This document shows positions 8,072 to 15,264 of a DNA stretch of 15,609 bases, one piece after another. This DNA is from Gemmatimonadales bacterium (lineage in GTDB: Bacteria > Gemmatimonadota > Gemmatimonadetes > Gemmatimonadales > GWC2-71-9). The stretch spans positions 1 through 15,609 of the forward strand of contig JBBCJC010000008.1 in assembly GCA_037189525.1 (NCBI GenBank), written 5' to 3'. Below the pieces are notes generated by a model that searched no databases, was not told where the DNA came from, and saw only the letters and a program-made list of their open reading frames with translations. The number at the start of each line of letters is the position of its first letter. The first letter of the stretch is position 1. Made by a program: the position numbers and the translations under genes.

Positions 8072-8420
8072 AAAGATTGCGGCGCTTCTGAATAGCCCGG
8101 TTGAAGGCGAGCGAGTAGCAGCAGCCGCCGCGCTTGGTCGCTTGAAGCCGCCAAAGGCTGGCACCATCGAATGGCAGCAGCGCGTCTCCGAGTGGAACTG
8201 TGAAATCGAATGGGCGATGGCCCGGCTCGGGTCGAAGCACCTGACGCCGGGGGAGCAGCGCACAATCCGCAATTTACATCGCCATCGCGGATTCCCTTGG
8301 TCGCGTGGCTCGGATGAGTTCAGGGAAGTCCTCAAGAAGCTGAAAACGGCAGAGAAACAGGGAAATGCCGTTACATCTGCTGACGGAGATGGTATTATAT
8401 TACCACAGGAGAGCATCTGA
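8055..8420 (+). CDS. Hypothetical protein (121 aa), DUF2786-like N-terminal helix pair
   Basis: GAGG RBS and N-terminal EKIAALLNSPVEGERVAAAAALGRL. Confidence 0.6.
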   Translation: MKSRHEKIAALLNSPVEGERVAAAAALGRLKPPKAGTIEWQQRVSEWNCEIEWAMARLGSKHLTPGEQRTIRNLHRHRGFPWSRGSDEFREVLKKLKTAEKQGNAVTSADGDGIILPQESI

Positions 8421-8421
8421 G

Positions 8422-8796
8422 ATGAGCCAGTATTTTGATCCGAATGGGCCGATGCAGGTTCCCGGTATGGGACAGCGCTACGATCCTGCTCTTGAGCTTC
8501 AGAAGCTCAGGGATCATTTCAGCGCGCTCATTATGGGGAAGCAGTCAGAGAGGCCGAGGCAGGACATAGGCCGGCGCATCGACCCTGTGATGCAGACCAT
8601 CGAGGCCAATTTTTCGCAGCCAACCCCTCAAACGGCCGTTGAGGGTGCCTTGCAGGGCATGGCTTCTATCGTCAGGGGGGCGAGGGCAAGGCAGGACGCC
8701 ATGGGTCCCTTTCCCGACATGCCAGCAGGCGGGCAGCGAAGCCCGTTGACTGGGCTTGCCAATATGTTCGGCTTCTCGCGTGGGGGGCTGTACTGA
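8422..8796 (+). CDS. Small putative virion/ejection protein (124 aa)
   Basis: Gly/Met/Pro/Gln-rich and TGATG-coupled to the lysozyme-bearing protein. Occupies the slot of the smallest ejection protein (inference). Confidence 0.5.
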   Translation: MSQYFDPNGPMQVPGMGQRYDPALELQKLRDHFSALIMGKQSERPRQDIGRRIDPVMQTIEANFSQPTPQTAVEGALQGMASIVRGARARQDAMGPFPDMPAGGQRSPLTGLANMFGFSRGGLY

Positions 8797-10730
8797 TGAG
8801 TTACATTTTCGACGCGAGACGAGAGACGCCAAGCAGCATCGCGCGCAAGCGTGAATTGGCGGCGATGATGATGATGGCGAATTCGCGCGCGCCCAGCAAT
8901 GTCGGCGAGGGCTTTCACGCGCTCGGCAGAGGCATCCTCGCAGGCGTCCTTTCCCGCCGAGCGCGTGAAGCAGAGAAAGCCGGAATGGCTTCGGCGGAAA
9001 GCGCTCGCACTGATTATGGCAACTACATCGCCAACCGCAACTACTTCCCGCCCCAGCCCGGCGCGGAGGCTTCGATGTCTTATGGTGATGCTGCATCCGT
9101 CCCGAGTGGCGAGCGCGCATCCTATATCCGCGCAGGCCTCATCAACCGGGGATTGCCCGAGCATGTGGCGGATGGGTTCCTGATGAACTTTCAGGACGAG
9201 AGCGGCCTTGATCCGGGCATCAACGAGCGAAATCCGATAGTACCCGGCTCGCGTGGTGGTTTTGGCCTCTACCAGCTTACCGGCCCGCGTCGTCGTGCCT
9301 ATGAGGCGTTTGCAGGTCAGCGCGGCGTCGATCCTTCCGACATCGATGCGCAGCTTGATTTCATGATGACCGAGCTTCAAGGGCCGGAGGCCCGTGCCGC
9401 GCAATCGATCTTCGGCGCACAGGATACAGGCTCCGCTGCAGCGGCCATCGTCAACGACTTCCTGCGCCCCGCTGCTTCGCACCGGCAGGCGCGCGAAGCC
9501 AGGTATCTTCGCACCGGTGGCGCGGCTCCTGCCGTGGTGGCAAATGAGGCGCTGGCGCGCGGACAGCCCATGCCTGCCGTCATGACGGCCGATATGGCTG
9601 GAAACTACATGCCTCACAATCTCGTCCAGACGCCGGAAAGCACGGCGGGGATGGAGATGCAGCCGTTGATGCCCCCGCAGATGGTGCGGGATCGTCCCGT
9701 CGCGCCAATGGAGATGGCTGATGCTGGAAATCATCGTGTCGAAATGTCTGGCTTGGTGGACCGCCCGGTCCCTCCCGACATCCAATTGCTGATGCGAACG
9801 GCGTCGAACGAGTTTCTTGATGATTTTACGCGAAAGTCGGCACAGGCGCAGGTTCAGCAGTTCATCCAGAGCCAAGACCCTGCCGCGCAACTTGAGATGG
9901 ATTACAAACGCGCGCAGATGCAGAAGATGCAGCGCGAGATGGAGCGCGGGCGGCTTCATAATGCCGGCGGCGGCGTTTTCTACAACGAGGATACCGGCGA
10001 GTGGATCACGGCTCCCAATGCCGGAGAGAAGCCCGGTTTCAGGCAGGCTACGCCGGAGGAAGCAGCGGCCTACGGCGCGCCTGCGGGCCAGTTCGGTCCA
10101 GATGGCCGCTTCTACCCGGTCAATCCGCCTTCCGGCATGTCCATCGAAAGCGATGGCCAAGGCGGTTTCAGAATGGTTCAGGGGCCAGGAGCCGGAGGCG
10201 GGAAGGCATTCACGGAAGGGCAGACCAAGGATATGGTCTATTCGACCCGCGCGCGCGGTGCGCTGCCGACGCTCAATGAGTACGAGGCCGCGCTTGCCGA
10301 ATATCGCGACCGGCTTCTTGACAACGATCCCACAGGCTTCGCTCGCGGTCGCTGGCAATCGGAAGATTATCAGGTTGCGAGGGCTGCCGGCGACGAGTTC
10401 TTGCAAGCCATCCTGCGCAAGGACACCGGCGCGGCGATCACCGCGCAGGAGCAGGATCTTTACGGCAAGACCTATCTTCCCCAGCCCGGCGATAGCGCCG
10501 AAGTCATCAGCTACAAACGGCAGGCGCGCGAGCGAGCGATAGCGGCAATCGAATCCGGCATGTCGCCGGCTCAGATCGTTGCGCAGGAGCGTGCCTTGGA
10601 GCGTAGCAAGATGGCAGCGAACATCCCGCCGGCTGCGGCCGACATGCTGCGCAATGATCCGTCCCTCGCCGCGCAGTTCGATCAGAAATACGGTGAGGGC
10701 GCGGCCGCCCAAATCCTTGGAGGCCAGTGA
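8796..10730 (+). CDS. DNA-ejection (internal virion) protein with phage tail lysozyme domain
   Basis: Residues ~108-238 (RGLPEHVADGFLMNFQDESGLDP...GFGLYQLTGPRR...AQLDFMMTEL...AAAAIVNDFLRP) fit the Phage_lysozyme2 pattern with a Glu in ESG. The C-terminal LRKDTGAAIT..E.....YLPQPGDS motif is typical of podovirus DNA-transfer proteins. Confidence 0.78.
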   Translation: MSYIFDARRETPSSIARKRELAAMMMMANSRAPSNVGEGFHALGRGILAGVLSRRAREAEKAGMASAESARTDYGNYIANRNYFPPQPGAEASMSYGDAASVPSGERASYIRAGLINRGLPEHVADGFLMNFQDESGLDPGINERNPIVPGSRGGFGLYQLTGPRRRAYEAFAGQRGVDPSDIDAQLDFMMTELQGPEARAAQSIFGAQDTGSAAAAIVNDFLRPAASHRQAREARYLRTGGAAPAVVANEALARGQPMPAVMTADMAGNYMPHNLVQTPESTAGMEMQPLMPPQMVRDRPVAPMEMADAGNHRVEMSGLVDRPVPPDIQLLMRTASNEFLDDFTRKSAQAQVQQFIQSQDPAAQLEMDYKRAQMQKMQREMERGRLHNAGGGVFYNEDTGEWITAPNAGEKPGFRQATPEEAAAYGAPAGQFGPDGRFYPVNPPSGMSIESDGQGGFRMVQGPGAGGGKAFTEGQTKDMVYSTRARGALPTLNEYEAALAEYRDRLLDNDPTGFARGRWQSEDYQVARAAGDEFLQAILRKDTGAAITAQEQDLYGKTYLPQPGDSAEVISYKRQARERAIAAIESGMSPAQIVAQERALERSKMAANIPPAAADMLRNDPSLAAQFDQKYGEGAAAQILGGQ

Positions 10731-12238
10731 TGGCGAACATCTTCGATCAGTTCGACACACCCCCACGCGGGGCGAACCCTTTCGACAGGTTTGATGAGGT
10801 TCATCCGCCAATGGCGGTTGGACGCCCGCCTCCCGTTCAACAGCCCGAAAGCGGGAGCTACGGTTCGCAGATATTCTCCGGTCTTCTGGAAGGTGCCACG
10901 GGCGCGCTCGGCTTCCCTGTCGATGCCGCAAACGCTGCGATTGGCCTTGGCATGCGAGGCGTTAACGCGGCGTTTGGGACTGATTTTCAGCCTTCAGCAG
11001 AACCGCTCGGAGGCTCTGCCGGTCTACGCCGAGGCTTGGCCATCTCGCCGCCGTCTGAAGATGTTGGGCCGCAGATGGCGCGCCGCGCCTCACAGTCAGT
11101 AGGCGGGGCGCTAGTTCCTCTTTCCACGACAGCAAGGACGGCCGGGCAGGCGGCAGCGGGCATTGGAGCGGCGTTCGGCGGCGGCCTTGGCGGCGCGACC
11201 GCCCAGCAGCTATTCCCCGACAACATGGGCGCGGAGATTGCGGGCGAGCTTCTGGGCGGCCTCGGGACAGGGGCGGCTATAGGCGGGATAGCAGACAGAT
11301 ACGCGCGCCGGGCGGCCGAAAGAGCGGTCCCGACCGTTGACGAGTTGCGCGCGCGCGCTTCCGCCCAGTATGACGCAGCAGAGGCGCGGGGCGTCGTAGC
11401 CGGGCCACAGGATACTCAGGCACTCGCCGGCCGGGTGAGGCAGATTGCCCGCGACAACGAGCTTATCACGCCGACAGGGCGCGTTTCCGGCGCGTATCCC
11501 CGCGCATCCGAAGCGATGGGCCTGCTTGACGATTATTCCGGCCATCCGATGAACCCGACACAGATGCAGGTCATCAGGGACACGCTGGCGGATGCGAGAA
11601 ACGCGACGGACGGCAAGGAGCGGCGCATTGCGAGCAAGATGCTTGATGAGTTCGACCGCTTCACCGATCCGCTTGCGCCGGAACTGAAAACGGCCCGCTC
11701 CCTGTCTCAGCGCGCCATCAAGGGACGGCAACTCGAAACCCTGCGCGAAGTGGCTGAGTCTCGGGCTGGGCAGTACAGCGTATCGGGCACCGAAAACGCG
11801 ATCCGCAATGAGTACGACAAACTAAACCAGCGCATCATTCGCGGCGACGAGGGCGGCTGGACGCCGAGCCAGCGCGCGGCGATTGCTCGCACAGCGGAAG
11901 GGACAGTGGCATCTCGCGCCGCGCGTCGTGTCGGCAAGTTGGCTCCCAAGGGTGTTGTCAGTTTGGGTGTAGGCGGTGGAGTTCCCTACATGATTGGTAG
12001 CTCCATCGGTGGCCCTGGCCTTGGTGCCGCATTCAGTGCCGCCACCATGGGATCAGGCATCATCGGAAACGCCGCCGCGACACAAATGCGCTCGCGCTAC
12101 GCCGAGCTTGCCGAGCTTGCCGCCCGCAACGGCGGAAAGGTGATGACGCCTTCCATGAAGGATTTACAGCGCCGAATCTTCGAGGCCATCCTTGGCGGTC
12201 AGACGGCTATTCAGAGCAACAGGCAGTCCATGCAGTGA
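10727..12238 (+). CDS. Large DNA-ejection/DNA-transfer protein (P22 gp16-like position)
   Basis: N-terminal NIFDQFD/NPFDRFD repeat, Gly/Ala-rich hydrophobic segments near both ends, and a charged helical middle. Overlaps the previous stop codon. Confidence 0.65.
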   Translation: MMANIFDQFDTPPRGANPFDRFDEVHPPMAVGRPPPVQQPESGSYGSQIFSGLLEGATGALGFPVDAANAAIGLGMRGVNAAFGTDFQPSAEPLGGSAGLRRGLAISPPSEDVGPQMARRASQSVGGALVPLSTTARTAGQAAAGIGAAFGGGLGGATAQQLFPDNMGAEIAGELLGGLGTGAAIGGIADRYARRAAERAVPTVDELRARASAQYDAAEARGVVAGPQDTQALAGRVRQIARDNELITPTGRVSGAYPRASEAMGLLDDYSGHPMNPTQMQVIRDTLADARNATDGKERRIASKMLDEFDRFTDPLAPELKTARSLSQRAIKGRQLETLREVAESRAGQYSVSGTENAIRNEYDKLNQRIIRGDEGGWTPSQRAAIARTAEGTVASRAARRVGKLAPKGVVSLGVGGGVPYMIGSSIGGPGLGAAFSAATMGSGIIGNAAATQMRSRYAELAELAARNGGKVMTPSMKDLQRRIFEAILGGQTAIQSNRQSMQ

Positions 12239-12269
12239 CGATAGAACGTATTGATGGGGAGCCGCTCGC

Positions 12270-12917
12270 TTGACGTATTCGATAGTTGCGAGAGACGAAA
12301 GAACCGGACTAGTCGGAGTCGCGGCTGCTTCCGCAATCCCCGGCGTCGGGTCAATTATCCCCTATGTCAGCTTGATAGGAGGGGCGGCAGCCATGCAAGG
12401 CGCGGCGGTCGGCCTTCGTGAACTTGGGAAGGGGGCCATATCTCTTCTTGATCGTGGGTTCTCAGCGGAAGCGGTTGTTTCCTCCCTCGTCAAGTTGGAT
12501 GTAGATCGAGAGGAGCATCAGTTTCACGTCATCAGCAGCGATGGCGGGTCTTCGTCTGCCCATACCGGTGGGCACTGTCCGAAATGGGCCGGCCATGCGA
12601 ACGCCGCTAACGTCTCTGTAGCTGGCAATACATTGGCCGGGCCGCAGGTGCTGAATGCAATGCTTGATGCGTTCAAAGGCAGTGCGCATCTTCCTTTTGA
12701 ACAGCAGCTTTTTGCCGCCATATCGGCTGGGGAAGTCGCGGGGGGTGACAGAAGGGGCGTAAGATCGGTTGTTCTAGCGACGGGCGAACGGATTTGGCGG
12801 GTAGACAACTCCGCTGCGCCGATGAAGGAACTGGCTGTGCGTGTAGGCGGTCAGGTTATCGGCGCTCGTGGAGAAGCGCTTCAGAAGCAAATCTTCCAGA
12901 CCATTCTAGGCGGGTGA
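12270..12917 (+). CDS. DUF1028-family Ntn-hydrolase-like protein
   Basis: MTYSIVARD..TG.VGVAAAS start, AHTG..CP.WAGH, SVAGNTLAGPQV, GE.AGGDRRG..S and RVD....P..EL. TTG start with GGGGAG RBS. Confidence 0.85.
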   Translation: MTYSIVARDERTGLVGVAAASAIPGVGSIIPYVSLIGGAAAMQGAAVGLRELGKGAISLLDRGFSAEAVVSSLVKLDVDREEHQFHVISSDGGSSSAHTGGHCPKWAGHANAANVSVAGNTLAGPQVLNAMLDAFKGSAHLPFEQQLFAAISAGEVAGGDRRGVRSVVLATGERIWRVDNSAAPMKELAVRVGGQVIGARGEALQKQIFQTILGG

Positions 12918-12952
12918 ACAGCCTTCCAGACACGGGTACAGGAGGCAGTGGC

Positions 12953-13261
12953 ATGCAGGTAGCGGACATAGCGAGAGAGATTGCCACGTTTGCCCGCATG
13001 GGCGGCGCAGATCATCATGACGAGGCGGCGGTGTGGCAATGCTTTGAGCGCATGATTGGCACAGATGCCATGGACACCAAGGATATCCTTGCCCTTCTGG
13101 CGACCGTCCGCACGCTTCTCAACGCGAACATGCTCCCCGAGGATACCCAAGAAGGTTACGGCCAGCACTGCGCGCTGTTGCTGCTCCGAAACGCCATCCG
13201 GGCCGTGGAGCGCCTGTCAGGTGAGCGTGAAGCCACCTACACCGGCCGAGAGTGGCAGTGA
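12953..13261 (+). CDS. Hypothetical protein (102 aa)
   Basis: AGGAGG RBS before ATG 12953. Helical composition. Confidence 0.7.
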   Translation: MQVADIAREIATFARMGGADHHDEAAVWQCFERMIGTDAMDTKDILALLATVRTLLNANMLPEDTQEGYGQHCALLLLRNAIRAVERLSGEREATYTGREWQ

Positions 13262-13326
13262 TGGCGTGGTTCGTCTCTGCCGTATCCGTGGCGTTTATAC
13301 TCGCTTTGGTGGCGGGAGTGATTTAG
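13261..13326 (+). CDS. Candidate 21-aa transmembrane microprotein
   Basis: TGATG-coupled. MAWFVSAVSVAFILALVAGVI has no charged residues. Not in the ORF track. Confidence 0.5.
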   Translation: MAWFVSAVSVAFILALVAGVI

Positions 13327-13406
13327 CGCTCGTCAATGACCGTTTCTGTCGATTCCCTCAAATTTGAGGGCATCTATCGGGATGATCGGAACCGGCAGCA
13401 GAATTG

Positions 13407-13595
13407 CTACCATAGGCGATAGGCGATCGCCGCCAGAAGGAACACGATCAGCCATACGCCAACCTGGATGTTATTGAGACGACGGCGGATGCCAACGAGG
13501 TTGAAGTTTGTCACCTCCTGCTCGGTTATGTCGTCTCTAGCCATCAGCTTCTCTATACGGCGGTCGTGGCTATCGGACCATTCTCCGAAGAACAT
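13407..13595 (-). CDS. Small membrane-anchored protein (62 aa)
   Basis: Strong RBS (AGGGGAGGT on the - strand) and C-terminal hydrophobic helix IQVGVWLIVFLLAAIAY. The only credible minus-strand gene. Confidence 0.7.
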   Translation of the reverse strand: MFFGEWSDSHDRRIEKLMARDDITEQEVTNFNLVGIRRRLNNIQVGVWLIVFLLAAIAYRLW

Positions 13596-13672
13596 GCTTA
13601 CCTCCCCTTGCTGACGCTACGGTGCGCCGTCACGCAGAAATGCGCAAGCCTTTGCCCCGGAGGGCAGGGTTA

Positions 13673-13701
13673 TTGAACTGTTTAGCAAATCAGGTCATTG
13701 T
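13673..13701 (+). promoter_or_regulatory. Putative sigma70 promoter for the C4 leader
   Basis: TTGAAC-N17-CATTGT directly upstream of the a1 hairpin. Confidence 0.45.
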
Positions 13702-13702
13702 G

Positions 13703-13732
13703 TCCGTGGGCTTAGCAACCCGGACCGCGATA
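13703..13732 (+). promoter_or_regulatory. C4 upstream target sites a1/b1
   Basis: TTAGCAA (13712-13718) sits in a GGG/CCC hairpin loop and CCGCGA lies at 13725-13730. They are complementary to TTGCTAA and TCGCGG in the C4 RNA. Confidence 0.7.
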
Positions 13733-13738
13733 GGCAGG

Positions 13739-13822
13739 ACATGATTGGCGTCATGTGCGCTGCTGACGCGCTAAGAGACCTTGGCGGGTCTCAATGCGCA
13801 TAGGTGACGCCTTGGCGGGCGT
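13739..13822 (+). repeat. Three hairpins with the identical loop TTGGCG
   Basis: ACATGA-TTGGCG-TCATGT (13739-13756), GAGACC-TTGGCG-GGTCTC (13775-13792) and ACGCC-TTGGCG-GGCGT (13807-13822). Confidence 0.8.
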
Positions 13823-13839
13823 TCCAACTCGGCTTTTAT

Positions 13840-13919
13840 GGCCGGGGGCGAACGCTATGTCCAGAGGGCAACCTTAAAATCGTTCGGCCTGTCTCGCGGC
13901 AGGTTGCTAACCCCCGGCT
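13840..13919 (+). ncRNA. C4-type (P1/P7 c4, P4 CI-like) antisense RNA
   Basis: Outer stem GCCGGGGG/CCCCCGGC and inner stem CGAACG/CGTTCG. Hairpin CCTGTC-TCGC-GGCAGG presents b', and a' TTGCTAA is unpaired. Matching targets lie both upstream and downstream. Confidence 0.75.
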
Positions 13920-13946
13920 CCGGGCCGACCCCGGATTAGGCTCGCC

Positions 13947-14003
13947 GTCCCGTAGCAAGGACCGCCAGCCGCCGGCCGAAGCAAGCCGGTTCAAACCGCG
14001 AGA
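13947..14003 (+). promoter_or_regulatory. C4 downstream target sites a2/b2
   Basis: GTCC-CGTAGCAA-GGAC hairpin (a2 TAGCAA, 13953-13958) and CCGCGAGA (13996-14003), 6 nt before ATG 14010. Confidence 0.7.
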
Positions 14004-14009
14004 ACTACC

Positions 14010-14804
14010 ATGCAACACGAAACTACAAACTTGCCGCCCTTCATGGAAGCGGACGGCCTCTTTTTCCTCACCCTCGCCAACGACCGCGCGACTGTCGCCT
14101 ACACCATCGAACGTCTGATCGACATGCTTGACGCGATGGAGCCTGATCCCGATCTTGAACCGTATCTAGCGGGCTGCCACCACAACGACCAGATGGTCGA
14201 CCTTGAGGGCGACGAAAGCCTATACGGCGACTGCGACCGCGAACCGTCGCTCGGATGGGCTGCGAACGGGCAGCACGGACAATGCGCCGGCTTTGCCACC
14301 ATCTTTGGCGATCTCGAAGAGCAATGCGAAGACGAGGGAGCCTGCATTCAATCGCAGCCGCACGACGAACGAGACGAGGGCAATGCCGAGCCGTTCCTTG
14401 GCTGGTCAGAACATCAATCCCTTCATGGAGCCATCGCCACCGGTGACGAGTTCCCACGGCAAGGGAACGGACCCGCGCACTTCGACGGCGACGGCTGCGT
14501 GGCAGCGCGCCGCGTTCTGAACAATCTTCGCGAGGCGCGTCCTGATGTTCCGCAAGAATACATAGGTGGATGGAGCAATGGCTCCTATGAGGCCCTGCGG
14601 GTAGAGGGCCTAACCATCAGGAGCAACAAGGGACGCGAGCGCCTTGGCCCGGATGAACTGACAATCTTGCGTCCCGGCGTCGCGATGGTTGGGGGCTATC
14701 GGGAAAGCGCAGTGATGAGGGCCATCGAGCCACGAGACGATGGCTTGATCCCGGAGATAGACCCGCTCGCTCATTACCGGGCGGCGCACGGTCAGCGCGC
14801 ATGA
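14010..14804 (+). CDS. Acidic repeat protein under C4 control
   Basis: 264 aa. Residues 41-130 contain 24 D/E versus 2 R/K. EPxL(A/G)(G/W) occurs three times. Confidence 0.7.
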   Translation: MQHETTNLPPFMEADGLFFLTLANDRATVAYTIERLIDMLDAMEPDPDLEPYLAGCHHNDQMVDLEGDESLYGDCDREPSLGWAANGQHGQCAGFATIFGDLEEQCEDEGACIQSQPHDERDEGNAEPFLGWSEHQSLHGAIATGDEFPRQGNGPAHFDGDGCVAARRVLNNLREARPDVPQEYIGGWSNGSYEALRVEGLTIRSNKGRERLGPDELTILRPGVAMVGGYRESAVMRAIEPRDDGLIPEIDPLAHYRAAHGQRA

Positions 14805-14875
14805 CCTATCTCGACTTGCTTTTCCTCGTCACGATCAGCGCGGGCATTCTCGCGCAGCGCCTGATAACGGGATAA
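14801..14875 (+). CDS. Candidate 24-aa hydrophobic microprotein
   Basis: ATGA-coupled. Sequence MTYLDLLFLVTISAGILAQRLITG, followed by a hairpin. Confidence 0.45.
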   Translation: MTYLDLLFLVTISAGILAQRLITG

Positions 14876-14898
14876 TCATTCCGTATCCGAAACGAACA

Positions 14899-14922
14899 TC
14901 CCGGCTGCTTATGTAGCCGGGA
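14899..14922. terminator. Hairpin, possible bidirectional terminator
   Basis: TCCCGGCTGC-TTAT-GTAGCCGGGA. It is followed by CTTAT on the + strand and TGTTCGTTT on the - strand. Confidence 0.55.
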
Positions 14923-14958
14923 CTTATACGGCAACCTTTTTCACGGCGGCCTCCCGGT

Positions 14959-15251
14959 TGCGGACATTATGCGGACACGATTCGGGATCGTCTGCGCAAT
15001 CGCCGTTTTGCCGCTCATAAATATCTGATTCTACTTGATTTTTGGTGAGCGCGCTGGGGCTCGAACCCAGGACCTACTGATTAAAAGTTCAATCCGAAGC
15101 CAATAATCAAACCCTTGAAATCATTCCTATTTTGCCATGTCCGCAAATAAGATGTTGATTCATAAGGGACATGATTTGACAAATCAGGACACCGTGCGAC
15201 ATTAGCAGTCAACGAACTGCCGTCAAGTGGACGGACACAGTGCGGACACGG
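14959..15251. promoter_or_regulatory. attP region: integrase arm-type repeats and IHF sites
   Basis: TGCGGACA(T/C) pair at 14959/14970, inverted copy at 15137-15145 and pair at 15230/15241 (11-bp spacing). Perfect WATCAANNNNTTR matches at 15105-15117 (+) and 15148-15160 (-). Confidence 0.8.
15043..15088 (-). other. attP core: 3' half of tRNA-Lys(UUU), anticodon loop to CCA
   Basis: Reverse complement ACTTTTAATCAGTAGGTCCTGGGTTCGAGCCCCAGCGCGCTCACCA contains the anticodon loop CTTTTAA, T-arm GGTTCGA, acceptor strand and CCA. The 5' half is absent. Confidence 0.92.
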
Positions 15252-15264
15252 GAACCTGCTGACA

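Noticed and set aside
6309..8416. Minus-strand ORFs of 289 and 325 aa
   Set aside because: Shadows of terL and downstream + strand genes, with no motifs.
8628..10931. 767-aa minus-strand ORF
   Set aside because: Antisense shadow of the GC-rich 644-aa gene, with no recognisable motifs.
13739..13822. Mini-CRISPR array
   Set aside because: Only the 6-nt loops are shared, the stems differ, the linkers are too short, and there is no cas gene.
13804..14118. ORF across the C4 region as an Ash/Icd-like protein
   Set aside because: GTG start without an evident RBS, and it overlaps structured RNA and the 14010 gene. Cannot be supported, though not excluded.
15043..15088. Functional tRNA-Lys gene
   Set aside because: The D-arm and 5' acceptor strand are missing. 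It is the att core.
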